A DNA stretch of 28,799 bases from an uncultured delta proteobacterium (GTDB lineage Bacteria; Myxococcota; Myxococcia; Myxococcales; Myxococcaceae): NCBI GenBank assembly GCA_963771175.1, contig CAVYSY010000014.1:1-28799 (forward strand), in the 5' to 3' direction. The notes under the pieces are model-generated. The model was given only the letters and a program-made list of their open reading frames with translations. It was not told the DNA's origin and made no database searches. This document shows, one piece after another, positions 15,413-27,872 of the stretch; within the stretch, counting starts at the first letter, position 1; every line of letters begins with the position of its first letter. The position numbers and the translations under genes were made by a program.

Positions 15413-18400
15413 ATGTCGAAGGTGGATGACGAGATCCTGCGAATAGAAGCGGCCCTGGCCGCGCAGGAGGGCCTGCGCCCGACACTCGGGGATGCGGTGG
15501 TGGACGTGACCGTGGCCGCGCTGCGCACGAAGCGCGAGGCCCTCCAGGCCGAGCGCCAGCGGGAGGCCGGGAGTGGAGCGCCCGCCCGGGGCTCGGACGG
15601 ACAGCTCCTCGAGAGGCTGCGGCGCCACATCCCGCGCGAGCTGGCCGAGAAGATGCGGGTGCTGGGGCTCATCGAGGGGGAGCGCAAGCGCGTCACCGTG
15701 CTCTCCGCCCGGCTCTCGGGCTACACCGCCCTGGGCGAGCGACTGGAGCCCGAGGAGCTGACCTCGCTCACCAGCGACACCATCCACGAGCTGGCCGAGG
15801 CCATCTACCAATACGAGGGGGCCATCGACAGGTTCGTGGGGGACGACGTGACGGCCATCTTCGGCGCGCCCATCGCCCACGAGGACGACCCGGAGCGGGC
15901 CCTGCGCGCGGCGCTCGCCATGCGCGAGCGCATCGAAGGCATCAACCGCCGCTGGAGCACACGCGTCGAGCAGCCCCTCTCCCTGCACATCGGCATCAAC
16001 ACGGGCGAGCTCATCACGGGCCAGGTGGGCTCGGACCTGCGCCAGGACTGCACGTTCATGGGCGATACCGTGAGCGCCGCCGTGCGCCTGAGGGAGGCTG
16101 CCCGCTCCGGGCAGGTCTTCATCAGCGGGGACACCTGGCGCCTGACGCACGCGTCCTTCGACTTCGCGGCCCTCGAGGCCCTTCCCCCCAAGAGCAAGCG
16201 CGGCGACCCGCTCCCCGTCTACGAGCTGGTGCGCGCCCGGCTGCTGCCCACCAAGACGCGCGGCCTGCATGAGCTCGCCCCGGCCTTCGTGGGACGGGAG
16301 GACGAGCTGTCCACGCTGCTCGACGCCGTGCGCGACCTCGAGGAGGGACAGGGGAGCATCATCACCCTGGCGGGAGAGGCGGGCATCGGCAAGTCCCGGC
16401 TGCTGGCCGAGTGCCAGTCGCGGCTCGGCGAGCGCGTGCGCTGGCTGGAGGGCCGCTGCTTCGCCCATACCAGCTCGGTCTCGTTCGCGCCCTTCCTGGA
16501 CCTGCTGCGCCGCAAGGCCGGCATCACGGGCGAGCACTCCGAGCCCAATGCCAGCGCCCTGCTCCACTCCGTCCTGGAGAACGTCTTCCCCGGAGACGCC
16601 GAGGCCCAGGCCATCTTCACCCACCTGCTCGGCTTCCGGGCCTCGCGGCAGGAGGAGGCGGTGCTGGCCACCCTCCCCGCCCAGAGCCTGCGCCAGAAGA
16701 TCTTCGCGCTCGTCGAGCGCTACTACTTCCGGCTCGCCCAGCGGCGCCCCACGGTGCTCGTCATCGAGGACGTGCACTGGGCCGACACCAGCTCGCTGGA
16801 ACTGCTCGAGCACCTCTTCGCGGTGACCGCGCGCACCCGCCTCCTCATGGTCTGCACCTCGCGGCCCCAGCTCGAGGGCCCCGCGGCGAAGCTGCTCGCG
16901 CACCTCGCGGCCGACCACCCGCAGCGGCACCGCCCCCGCGTGGTCGGCCCCCTCTCCGAGGCGCACAGCGTGAGGATGATCGAACAGCTCCTCTCCCTAC
17001 CCGTGCTGCCGGAGGCGCTCCGCACGCTCATCTCCCGCCGGGCGGAGGGCAACCCCTTCTTCGTCGAGGAGCTCCTGCGCTCGCTCATCGAGAGGGGCGC
17101 GCTCGTGCGCGGCGAGGTGGGCTGGACCGTGACGCCCCTGCTGCAGACGCTCAAGGTGCCGGACACGCTGCAGGGCGTGCTGATGGCCCGGTTGGACCGG
17201 CTGCCCGTGGAGACGAAGTGGCTGGCGCAGCAGGCCTCGGTCATCGGGCGGAGCTTCTCCTACCGCGTGCTCATGCACCTGGCCCGGCACTCGGCGGGCG
17301 TGGACGCCGACCTCGCGCACCTGGAGCGCGAGGACATCATCCGCGAGCGGACGAGAGAGCCCGAGCTCGAGTTCATGTTCAAGCACGCGCTCACGCAGGA
17401 CATGGCCTACCAGAGCCTGCTCGCGTCGCGCCGCCGGGAGCTGCACCGCCAGGTGGGTGAGGCGCTGGAGGCCCTCTGCCACGACCGGGTGGGCGAGCTG
17501 CGGAGCGTCATCGGAAGCCACTACCTGCGTGGCGGGGCCTGGGAGCAGGCCGTCACCCACCTCGTGGCGGCCGGAGATGCCTCGGCCCGGCTGTACGCGC
17601 ACGCCGAGGCGCGGGAGCACTACACGAAGGCCCTGGAGGCCCTCACCCACCTGTCCGCCAACGAGGCGCAGCGGCGGCAACGGGTGGACACGACCCTGGG
17701 ATTGGTGAGCGTGTCCTTCGTGGCGGTCCCTCCGGAACGCAACCTCCAGCGGCTGGCGGAGGTGGAGGCACTGACGCTCGATCTGCGCACCTCCGAGGGA
17801 GGCGCCGACCACGCGCGGCTGGCCCGCGTGCACTACTGGATGGGACGACTGCACGTCTACCAGGGCTCCTACGACGAGGCGATGGGCTACTTCCAGCGCG
17901 TCCTGCTGGAGAGCCAGGGGACGGGGGACGAGGCCCTGCTCGCCATCCCCTCCTTCATGATGGGGCGGGTGCTGCTCCTGCAGGGCCATGTCGGCCAGGC
18001 CGAGCGGCTGCTCGCACAGGCCATCGCGCCGCTGGAGCGGACGGGCGACTGGGTGAACTGGGTGTGGACCGTGGGCTTCCGGGCCCAGGCGCTCGCGGCG
18101 CTCGGCCACTACCAGAGCGCGGTCGCCGAGTACGAGCGGGCGCTCGCACACGCGCGGGAGACGAAGGACCTCACGGCCATCGCCTTCTGCCAGCTCATCC
18201 TGGGTGACATCACCATGTTCGGCAGGGACCTGCCGCGCATGCTCGAGTCGAGCCGTGTGGCCATCGCGGCGGCGGAACAGTCCGGGGACCGGGTGCTCAC
18301 GTTCCTGGGAGTTGGCCTGCTGGCCTGGGCCCAGAGCCGCCTGGGCCTGCACGCCGAGGCGGCGGCGACCGCGACCCGACGCAAGTCCCTCATGGACAGC

Positions 18401-18835
18401 GTCGGCGAGCCACTGCTGTGCCGGGACTGGTTCGCGGCGAGTGATGCCGAGATGGCGTGGCGCACGGGGCGGCTCACCGAGGCCGTGGAGCTGGCCCACC
18501 AGGCCATCGAGGAGGCCCGGACCGCGGGGGGCATCTTCGCCGAGGCCGTCGCGCAACGCGTCCTCGCCCAGACGCTCGCCGCACAGGGAAACAGGACGGA
18601 GGCCGAGCGCCACCTCCAGACCAGCATGGAGCTCTTCGAGACGGGAGAGATGCGCCTCGAGGAGGCCCACACGCACGTCATCTGCGCCGAGCTGCTCATC
18701 GAGCGAGGCGACGTCCAGGCCGCGCGAGCCCACCTGGGGAAGGCCATCGCCACCTACGAGCGGAGTGGCATCGAGGAAGAGCTCACCCGGGCCATACGGC
18801 TCCTGGGCGCGCTCACCGACGTCAGCTCCGCCTGA
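15413..18835 (+). CDS. Class III cyclase-like domain + STAND/AAA ATPase + TPR protein (about 1140 aa); cyclase site degenerate
   Basis: ERKRVTVL, FVGDDVTAIFGAPIAHEDDPERA, IGINTG, FVGRE, GEAGIGKS (Walker A), LVIEDVHWAD (Walker B), EGNPFFVEE, FKHALTQD, helical repeats. Intact frame; GGAG SD. Confidence 0.9.
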   Translation: MSKVDDEILRIEAALAAQEGLRPTLGDAVVDVTVAALRTKREALQAERQREAGSGAPARGSDGQLLERLRRHIPRELAEKMRVLGLIEGERKRVTVLSARLSGYTALGERLEPEELTSLTSDTIHELAEAIYQYEGAIDRFVGDDVTAIFGAPIAHEDDPERALRAALAMRERIEGINRRWSTRVEQPLSLHIGINTGELITGQVGSDLRQDCTFMGDTVSAAVRLREAARSGQVFISGDTWRLTHASFDFAALEALPPKSKRGDPLPVYELVRARLLPTKTRGLHELAPAFVGREDELSTLLDAVRDLEEGQGSIITLAGEAGIGKSRLLAECQSRLGERVRWLEGRCFAHTSSVSFAPFLDLLRRKAGITGEHSEPNASALLHSVLENVFPGDAEAQAIFTHLLGFRASRQEEAVLATLPAQSLRQKIFALVERYYFRLAQRRPTVLVIEDVHWADTSSLELLEHLFAVTARTRLLMVCTSRPQLEGPAAKLLAHLAADHPQRHRPRVVGPLSEAHSVRMIEQLLSLPVLPEALRTLISRRAEGNPFFVEELLRSLIERGALVRGEVGWTVTPLLQTLKVPDTLQGVLMARLDRLPVETKWLAQQASVIGRSFSYRVLMHLARHSAGVDADLAHLEREDIIRERTREPELEFMFKHALTQDMAYQSLLASRRRELHRQVGEALEALCHDRVGELRSVIGSHYLRGGAWEQAVTHLVAAGDASARLYAHAEAREHYTKALEALTHLSANEAQRRQRVDTTLGLVSVSFVAVPPERNLQRLAEVEALTLDLRTSEGGADHARLARVHYWMGRLHVYQGSYDEAMGYFQRVLLESQGTGDEALLAIPSFMMGRVLLLQGHVGQAERLLAQAIAPLERTGDWVNWVWTVGFRAQALAALGHYQSAVAEYERALAHARETKDLTAIAFCQLILGDITMFGRDLPRMLESSRVAIAAAEQSGDRVLTFLGVGLLAWAQSRLGLHAEAAATATRRKSLMDSVGEPLLCRDWFAASDAEMAWRTGRLTEAVELAHQAIEEARTAGGIFAEAVAQRVLAQTLAAQGNRTEAERHLQTSMELFETGEMRLEEAHTHVICAELLIERGDVQAARAHLGKAIATYERSGIEEELTRAIRLLGALTDVSSA

Positions 18836-18863
18836 CCCCACCCCTCATCGCGAGGGGCGGGGG
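18836..18863. terminator. Hairpin between convergent genes
   Basis: CCCCACCCCTC-ATCGC-GAGGGGCGGGG immediately after the stop codon. Confidence 0.45.
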
Positions 18864-18885
18864 TGCTGCTTCGGACGAGAGGAGC

Positions 18886-21134
<2,249 letters not shown>

Positions 21135-21135
21135 G

Positions 21136-21221
21136 GTGGCGCGCGAACCTATCAGCCCGGGGGCGTATTTCCGAAAAGGCGCATGATTCGCCGCGTCGGA
21201 AGCGCCCCCGGGGCGCGCCAC
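21136..21221. other. Long nested inverted repeat filling the M13-POP intergenic region
   Basis: Pairings 21136-44/21213-21, 21156-65/21203-12, 21169-74/21196-201 and 21178-81/21189-92. Confidence 0.6.
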
Positions 21222-21234
21222 GAGAGTTCTCAAC

Positions 21235-23325
21235 TCACCAGATCTTCACGCGCTTCTCGGGAGGCAAGAAGGCGCCGTCGCCCTCCTTCACGCCGAAGGC
21301 GGAGTAGAACTCGGGCATGTTGCGCACCACGCCGTTCACCCGGTACTCGCCGGGCGAGTGCGAGTCGGTGAGGAGGATCTGCCGAAGGGCATCGTCACGG
21401 TGCAGGGTGCGCCACACCTGGGCCCAGCCGAGGAAGAAGCGCTGGTCGCCCGTGAAGCTCTCGATGACGGGGGACTGCTGGCTTCCCAGCGACAGCTTGT
21501 AGGCCTTGAAGGCCACGGTGAGGCCGCTCAGGTCGCCGATGTTCTCACCCAGGGTGAGCTTGCCATTCACGTTCATGCCCTCCAGCGGACTGAAGGCGGC
21601 GTACTGCTCGGTCAGCATGCCGGTGCGCTGCTGGAAGGCGGACTTGTCCTCCGGGGTCCACCAGTCGCGCAGGTTGCCGTCGCCGTCGGAGCGGCTGCCC
21701 TGGTCGTCGAAGCCGTGGCTGATCTCATGCCCGATGACGCCGCCAATGGCGCCGTAGTTGGTGGCGTCATCCGCCTCGGGGTTGAAGAACGGCGGCTGGA
21801 GGATGGCGGCCGGGAAGACGATCTCGTTCATCGTCGAGCTGTAGTAGGCGTTCACCGTCTGCGGCGTCATGCCCCACTCGCCCCGGTCGATGGGCTTGCC
21901 GAGCTTGCCGATGATGCGGCGGTACTCGAACTCGTCGGCGCGCTTCATGTTGCCGACCAGGTCATCCTTCTTGATGACGACGGCGGAGTAGTCGCGCCAC
22001 TTCTCCGGGTAGCCGATCTTCACGTTGAACTTCGCCAGCTTGGCCTGGGCCTGCGCCTTGGTGGCGGGGCTCATCCACTCGAGCTGGTCGATGCCCTGCT
22101 TGAAGGAGGCCTGCAGGTTCTTCACCAGCACCTGCATGCGGGCCTTGCTCTCGGGGCTGAAGTTGCGCTCCACGTAGAGCCGGCCGACGACCTCGCCCAG
22201 CGAGCCGTCCACGGCCTCCACGCCGCGCTTCCAGCGGGGGCGGTTCTCCTGCAGGCCCTGGAGCGTCTTGCCGCGGAAGAGGAAGTGGGCCTCCTCGAAG
22301 GGGCTGCTCAGCAGGGGCGCGTGGGCGTCGAGCAGCTTGAAGGTGAGGTACTGCTTGAGCGTGGGCAGCGGCGTGCTGGCCAGCACCGCGTCCATGGCCT
22401 GGAAGTAGTCCGGCTGGCGGACGACGACGCCCGGCGTCTTCTCCGCGTCCACGGCCTTGACGAAGCGCGTCCACGAGAAGCCCGGCGTGAGCTTCTCCAG
22501 CTCGGCCACGCTCTTGAAGTTGTAGGTGGCCTCGCGGTCCCGGTTGCGCGCGCGGTCCCAGTGCTTCTCCGCGAGCGAGGTCTCCAGGGCCAGGACGGCC
22601 TTGGCCGCGCCGGCCGGGTCCTTCTCCCCCGCCAGCCGCATCAGCGTCTCGATGTAGGAGACATACGCGGCTCGCGTCTCGACGAAGCGCGGCTCCGTCT
22701 TGAAATAGTAATCGCGGTCCGGCAGGCCCAGGCCGCTCTGGTTGGCGTAGGCGATGTAGCGGTCCGCCTGCTTCGCGTCCTGCCCCACGAAGAAGACGAA
22801 GGGCATCGGGGTACCGGTGCGCATCAGCTCGGCGAAGAGCTCCGGGAGCTGCTGCTTGTCCTGGAGGCCGGCGATACGGTCGAGGTCACCACGCACCGGC
22901 TCGATGCCGAGTGCCTGGATGCGCTCCGTGTCCATGAAGCTCTGGTAGAGGTCGCCGACCTTCTGCAGGTCGGTCCCGTCCTTCTTGCCCTGGACGGCGG
23001 CGGCCTCCTCGATGATGGAGCGCAGGGCGGCCTCGCTCTTGTCCCGCAGCTCGATGAAGGAGCCGTAGCGGGCCTTGTCCGCGGGAATCTGGGCGGTCTT
23101 CAGCCACGTGCCGTTGACGTAGCGGAAGAAGTCGTCCTGCGGGCGCACGCTGGAGTCGAAGTACTTCGTTTCGACGCCGAGCGTCCGCGGCGTGGAGGCC
23201 TGGACGGACTGCTGCGCGGTGGCGTCCGATTGGGTGTTGCGCGAACTGGCCGTGCACCCCAGGAGGAGGCAGGCCCCGAGCGCGCCGGGAGCCCAGGAAT
23301 TGCGGAGCGGCTTCTTGCTATTCAT
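21235..23325 (-). CDS. M13 family (neprilysin/PepO-like) zinc endopeptidase lipoprotein
   Basis: Lipobox [54 protein letters not shown]...RVNG. Confidence 0.93.
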   Translation of the reverse strand: MNSKKPLRNSWAPGALGACLLLGCTASSRNTQSDATAQQSVQASTPRTLGVETKYFDSSVRPQDDFFRYVNGTWLKTAQIPADKARYGSFIELRDKSEAALRSIIEEAAAVQGKKDGTDLQKVGDLYQSFMDTERIQALGIEPVRGDLDRIAGLQDKQQLPELFAELMRTGTPMPFVFFVGQDAKQADRYIAYANQSGLGLPDRDYYFKTEPRFVETRAAYVSYIETLMRLAGEKDPAGAAKAVLALETSLAEKHWDRARNRDREATYNFKSVAELEKLTPGFSWTRFVKAVDAEKTPGVVVRQPDYFQAMDAVLASTPLPTLKQYLTFKLLDAHAPLLSSPFEEAHFLFRGKTLQGLQENRPRWKRGVEAVDGSLGEVVGRLYVERNFSPESKARMQVLVKNLQASFKQGIDQLEWMSPATKAQAQAKLAKFNVKIGYPEKWRDYSAVVIKKDDLVGNMKRADEFEYRRIIGKLGKPIDRGEWGMTPQTVNAYYSSTMNEIVFPAAILQPPFFNPEADDATNYGAIGGVIGHEISHGFDDQGSRSDGDGNLRDWWTPEDKSAFQQRTGMLTEQYAAFSPLEGMNVNGKLTLGENIGDLSGLTVAFKAYKLSLGSQQSPVIESFTGDQRFFLGWAQVWRTLHRDDALRQILLTDSHSPGEYRVNGVVRNMPEFYSAFGVKEGDGAFLPPEKRVKIW

Positions 23326-23566
23326 GCATTCTCGCTGTGTCAGGTGAGACGAAGGTTGCCAACCCATCAGGCGGCGGGGAATTCCCAGGCCGCCTGCCTG
23401 GACTCCATCCGCTGAGGGTCGCGCGCATGCTGCCCGAGCCGATCGCGCGACGTCCACCCACCCCCCCGTGGACCCCTCCCCATCTCGTCTTGCGATACCC
23501 CTGCTTTTTCCCAAAAATACCGCCGCCCAGGGCGACCCAGGGCTTTCACTCGCGCGGAGCTGGCTC

Positions 23567-24346
23567 ATGAAGAGGTTGGAGAACAAGGTCGCCGTCATCA
23601 CCGGCGGTGGCAGCGGGATTGGCGCGGCGACGGCGAAGCTGTTCCTGCAGGAGGGAGCCCGGGTGCTGATCGTGGGCCGCACCGAGGAGAAGCTCCGCAA
23701 GACGGTCCAAGAGCTCAACCACGAGAATCTCGGCTACGCGGTGGCGGACGTGTCGAAGGTCGACGACACGAAGCGCTATTTCCAGCTCGCGTCGGAGCGC
23801 TATGGCGGCATCGACGTGCTGGTGGGCAACGCGGGCGTCGAGGGCCCCTACATGCCCATCGACGATCACTCCGTGGAGGACTTCGACCAGGTGATGGCCG
23901 TCAACGTGCGCGGCTGCTGGTTGGCCGTCAAATACGCGTTCCCCGAGATGCGCAAGCGCGGAGGCGGGAGCATCATCCTCACCTCGTCGGTCGTGGGTAT
24001 CTCCTCGTTGCCGGCCAACTCGTCGTACACCGCCGCCAAGCACGCGGTGGTGGGCCTGGCGCGCTCGCTGGCGCATGACGGCGCGCCGTTCAACATCCGG
24101 GTGAACGCGGTGTGCCCGGGCGTCATCGACAACGCCATGACGGCGGCGATCCACACGCGGCTCGCGCCCGGCAACGAGGATCAGGTGAAGGCCCGGATGG
24201 CCTCGCGCGTCCCCATGGGGCGCTACGGGACCAGCGAGGAGATCGCCCACCTGAACCTCTTCCTCGCCAGTGACGAGAGCAGCTACAGCACGGGCGGGGT
24301 GTTCGTGGCGGACGGTGGCATGTCGGCCGGCCTCAGAGGCCGGTAA
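23567..24346 (+). CDS. Classical short-chain dehydrogenase/reductase
   Basis: TGGGSGIG, NAG, YTAAK, IRVNAVCPG, DGG; GGAG SD. Confidence 0.92.
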   Translation: MKRLENKVAVITGGGSGIGAATAKLFLQEGARVLIVGRTEEKLRKTVQELNHENLGYAVADVSKVDDTKRYFQLASERYGGIDVLVGNAGVEGPYMPIDDHSVEDFDQVMAVNVRGCWLAVKYAFPEMRKRGGGSIILTSSVVGISSLPANSSYTAAKHAVVGLARSLAHDGAPFNIRVNAVCPGVIDNAMTAAIHTRLAPGNEDQVKARMASRVPMGRYGTSEEIAHLNLFLASDESSYSTGGVFVADGGMSAGLRGR

Positions 24347-25154
24347 CTCCCCCGGTCGCCGAGCGCGCGTCGAAGCCCTGGGCCAGGCGTCGGCGATCCT
24401 CCTGGTATCGCCGGAGCACCCACTGGCCCGCCGGCCGCGCCAGCACGGTGGCGCGCAGCTCGGCGATGGCGGGCGGAACCACCTCGCCGGGCCGGAGCGC
24501 GTAGGGAGAGCCCTCCGGGGCGAGCAGCGGGCCGTAGAGCGACGCCGCGGCGAGGTCCGCGATCGACAGCGAGGAGCCGACCAGGTAGCGCGAGGGGTCC
24601 CCTTGAATCTCGCGCTCCAGCCGCTCGAGCCCCTCCAGCAGCTTCACCCGGGACTCTTCCACCTTGGGAGGGGTGAGCTGGTACTGGCGCCGGATGACCT
24701 GCTTGATGACGGGAAGCAGCGCGCGCCCGAGCAGCCGCAGCGGCGTGGGGAACCCGCCGAACATGAGCGGTGCGATGTCCGCGTTACCGGCGAAGAGGTG
24801 CGCATAGGCCCAGCGACGGACGTGCTTGCCGGCCGTCTCGTCGAAGTAGGCCTCCAGCTCGAGGACGCGCTCGCGCTCGGAGCCGGTGACAGGCACCAGG
24901 GCGGGAGTCGACGGGTAGGTGCGCTCCAGGTGCAGGGCGATTTCGGTGGAGTCCGCGACGACGACGCCCCTGTCCACCAGCACGGGCACGGTGCCACGAC
25001 CGCCCTTGGTGAGGCGCTTCGTCACCATGCGGTGCGCGCCGGGCATCAGGTTCTCGATGTCGTAGGAGAGCCCCTTGGCATCGAGGTTCCAACGGGTCTT
25101 CTCGCAGTAGTGCGAGATGGGGAACTGGTAGAGCTTGCGTTCGGTCTGGGGCAT
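24333..25154 (-). CDS. Glutathione S-transferase family protein
   Basis: YQFPISHYCEKTRW, TVPVL, DSTEI, YLVGSSLSIADL; 14-bp 3' overlap with the SDR gene. Confidence 0.88.
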   Translation of the reverse strand: MPQTERKLYQFPISHYCEKTRWNLDAKGLSYDIENLMPGAHRMVTKRLTKGGRGTVPVLVDRGVVVADSTEIALHLERTYPSTPALVPVTGSERERVLELEAYFDETAGKHVRRWAYAHLFAGNADIAPLMFGGFPTPLRLLGRALLPVIKQVIRRQYQLTPPKVEESRVKLLEGLERLEREIQGDPSRYLVGSSLSIADLAAASLYGPLLAPEGSPYALRPGEVVPPAIAELRATVLARPAGQWVLRRYQEDRRRLAQGFDARSATGGVTGL

Positions 25155-25345
25155 GTCGGGAGCCTCGGGAGATAGCGCCGGGCGAGCATGCCGTTCTCAC
25201 GCCCTCCGGTACAGCCGGCCGAGCCTCCACCCCGTCATCAACTCGCGGTGATGGATTCGCGCCCATGACGAGGGGACCCTGGGACTGTGCAGCCTCGTGC
25301 ACGTCCTCGCGCGCCTGTCTTCGGGACTCCGGGGGTTTGCATGGA

Positions 25346-25361
25346 GGGCACGAGGGTTGCT
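25346..25361 (+). promoter_or_regulatory. Putative sigma-54 promoter upstream of the lipoprotein gene
   Basis: GGGCACGAGGGTTGCT matches GGCACG-N4-TTGC; 60 bp before ATG 25422. Confidence 0.6.
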
Positions 25362-25421
25362 CTGCTGCACCCGCGCCCGCCGCCGTGTGCAGCCGGGCAC
25401 CCACTCAAAGGAACAACCCCC

Positions 25422-26234
25422 ATGCGAATCCGCGCCTGCCTCACCCTTGCCCTCGCCGTCCTCGCCACCGCCTGCGATCGGGAACCGCCCACGAAGGAGG
25501 AGATCGAAGATGCCCGCGCGCGAGTGGATCTGGCCGTGCGCGCGGCCCACCAGGCGCGCATGGCACTCGAGCTGCTCGGAATCCTTCCCGTCTACACCTG
25601 CGGCGAGCCCCGGCGCACCTTCGTGGGCAAGGCCGCCGAGGGCGCCCACACGAAGGTGGCCTGCGTCACCGCCACCGTCGAGTCCCAGGGCGACACCTCG
25701 GACGCGGTGGTGCTCTCCTTCCCCGAGAGCCAGTGCTCCGTGAACGGGCACACCGTGGTGGGACAGAGCGCCTTCCTCTACAACGGGGGTGAGGAGCGGA
25801 TGGACCTCTTCGCCGATCTGAACGGGCTGAGGGTGGATGGCGAGCCGCTCCAGGCCAAGGTGGGATACGGCACCTGCGGCGACGAGAAGCGCTTCTGGAC
25901 CGAGACCTTTGGCGAGCTGCCGGGCCGCTCCGGCAACAGCTACCGCGTGGACGGGCGCGTGGGTCTGCGCGAGGGCGCCCCCCTCTTCGGTAGCACCACG
26001 CTCGTGTTCGACGGGCCGGGCGAGGTGTCCGGGACGCTGGGCACCGACCGTGTCACCTTCACCGGGTTGCAGTACGAGGTGGGCGAATACCTCCCCAAGG
26101 AGGGAGAGGCGCTCGTGGAGACCGCCAATGGCCACCGGGTGAAGGTGAACTTCAGCTCGGTGCTCTGGCGCCTGGGCAAGGTGGAGGTGGAGATTGACGA
26201 GAAGGCCCCGGTGACGGTCCCCATCGTCCGCTGA
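25422..26234 (+). CDS. Lipoprotein of unknown function (270 aa, beta-rich)
   Basis: MRIRACLTLALAVLATAC lipoprotein signal, AAGGAA SD, four further Cys in the mature region. Confidence 0.8.
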   Translation: MRIRACLTLALAVLATACDREPPTKEEIEDARARVDLAVRAAHQARMALELLGILPVYTCGEPRRTFVGKAAEGAHTKVACVTATVESQGDTSDAVVLSFPESQCSVNGHTVVGQSAFLYNGGEERMDLFADLNGLRVDGEPLQAKVGYGTCGDEKRFWTETFGELPGRSGNSYRVDGRVGLREGAPLFGSTTLVFDGPGEVSGTLGTDRVTFTGLQYEVGEYLPKEGEALVETANGHRVKVNFSSVLWRLGKVEVEIDEKAPVTVPIVR

Positions 26235-26258
26235 GCCCGAAGTGATAGATTCGGCGGC

Positions 26259-26735
26259 ATGACCGCCCCCGATTCCCGCCCCGCCCCCGGCCTGCTCGCC
26301 CGTGCCCTCAAGACGGTCGGGCGGCTCACCAGCCCGGAGACCCGCTCGGGCCAGGCCTTCTCCAAGGCCGAGCAGGGTCTCACCCAGGTGGCCGCGCGCC
26401 TGGCCGAGAATCCCACCTTCCTGCGCGTTAGCGGGGGGCTCATGCGCCGCGGCTTCACCCTGCAGATCCGCCGCGCTTCACTGATGGAGAAGACGCTGCA
26501 CACGCTGCGCGTGCCCACCTCCTCCGAGGTCGAGACCCTGCGCGACCAGCTCCGCCGCATGGGCGACCAGGTGGAGGCGCTCGGCTCGCAGCTCGAGCAC
26601 GTCGTCGAGCTGCTGGAGCGCCAGGAGCCGCCGCCGCCCACCGCCGACACGGCGCCCGTCCCCGCCGCCGTCGGACCAGCTCCGCCAGGTAGGTCTCTGG
26701 CCCCCATGTCGCCCCTCCCCGGAGTTCTCTCGTGA
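26259..26735 (+). CDS. Short PhaE/PhaR-like PHA synthase partner subunit
   Basis: LRVPTSSEVETLRDQLRRMGDQVEAL resembles the PhaE C-terminal LxxPTxxE coiled coil; its stop overlaps the phaC start (GTGA). Confidence 0.6.
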   Translation: MTAPDSRPAPGLLARALKTVGRLTSPETRSGQAFSKAEQGLTQVAARLAENPTFLRVSGGLMRRGFTLQIRRASLMEKTLHTLRVPTSSEVETLRDQLRRMGDQVEALGSQLEHVVELLERQEPPPPTADTAPVPAAVGPAPPGRSLAPMSPLPGVLS

Positions 26736-27872
26736 ATCGGCCCGCCCAAGCCTTCCAGCGAATCCGCTCGATCCTGTCGTCGCAGGTGGACGTCTCGCGC
26801 TCGCTCGCCCAGGCGCTGCAAGAGCGCTCCATCAACCCGTACCCGTACCTCAAGCCCATCATCGAGAAGGCGGCCAACGTCCGCGAGCCGCCCATCAGCG
26901 CCACCCCGCACTCGGTGGTGCACACGCGCGGCCCCATGCGGCTGTTGCACTACGCCGCGCCCCGGCGCCGTTACCGGACTCCCATCCTCTTCATCTACTC
27001 GCTCATCAACCGCTGGTACATCCTCGACTTCCTGCCCGGCCGCAGCCTCATCGAGTACCTCACCCAGGAGGGCTATGACGTCTACGCCATCGACTGGGGC
27101 ATCGCCGGGCCGGACGAGCACCGTCTCACCCTGAGCGAGCTGCTCGGCGGCCATATCCGCACCGCCTTGCGCTGGACGCAGCGCGTGAGTGGCAGCGAGG
27201 ACGTGACGCTCTACGGCTACTGCATGGGCGGAACCATGGCCCTGGCCTACGCCTCGCTCTACCCCGAGGGCGTGCGCAACCTCGTGGTGCAGGCCACCCC
27301 GGTGGACTTCAGCAAGGGGGGCATCTACTCGCTGTGGACGCTGCCGCGGTTCTTCGACGTGGACTCGCTGGTGGACGCCTACGGCAACGTGCCTCCCTAC
27401 GTGCTGGAGAGCGGCTTCTTCATGGCGGGGCCCGTGCAGCGCATCACCAAGTGGCTCGACGTCTGCCGGCAGATCGACGACCCGGGCTTCGTCACCACCT
27501 TCCTCGCGCTGGAGCACTGGGGCTCGGACCCGGTGCCCTTCCCGGGCGAGGTCTACCGGCAGTACATGAAGGACTGCTACCAGCAGAACCTCTTCTGCCA
27601 GAACCGCATGGAGATAGGGGGCGAGCGAGTGGACCTGGGCCGCATCCGGTGCCCCGTGCTCAACATCATCGCGGAGCATGACAACATCGCCCCGCCGGCC
27701 ATGAGCGAGCCGCTGCTGGAGCTGCTGGTGGGCACGAAGGACCGCGAGACGATGTACTTCCCGGTGGGCCACATAGGCCTGTCGGCATCCAGCAAGGCCC
27801 CGGTAAAGGTGTGGCCGCGCATCTCCCGCGTGGATGGGCCGGCGTTCGCAGTCGATACTGGAGGGAGAATGA
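26732..27872 (+). CDS. phaC: Class III/IV-type polyhydroxyalkanoate synthase PhaC (not in ORF track); probable +1 error near 27826
   Basis: Own translation from GTG 26732: TPILFIYSLINRWYILDFLPGRSLIEYL, VYAIDWG, GYCMGG (Cys164), TPVDF, GNVP, PGEVYRQY, VDLGRI, AEHDNI (Asp317), GHIG (His347). Removing one C gives the end VWPRISAWMGRRS...*. Confidence 0.88.

Noticed and set aside
21358..23415. 685-aa plus-strand ORF and similar long antisense ORFs (15380-16966, 16997-18841, 2374-3369)
   Set aside because: Shadows opposite clearly identified genes, as expected in high-GC DNA.
23360..23475. Several short hairpins between the M13 and SDR genes as a riboswitch or ncRNA
   Set aside because: No recognisable family motif; short GC stems are expected by chance.
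23567..24346. SDR as PhaB of the PHA cluster
   Set aside because: Lacks the PhaB/FabG-type NAGITRD and GQxNY signatures and is separated from the cluster by a convergent GST gene.
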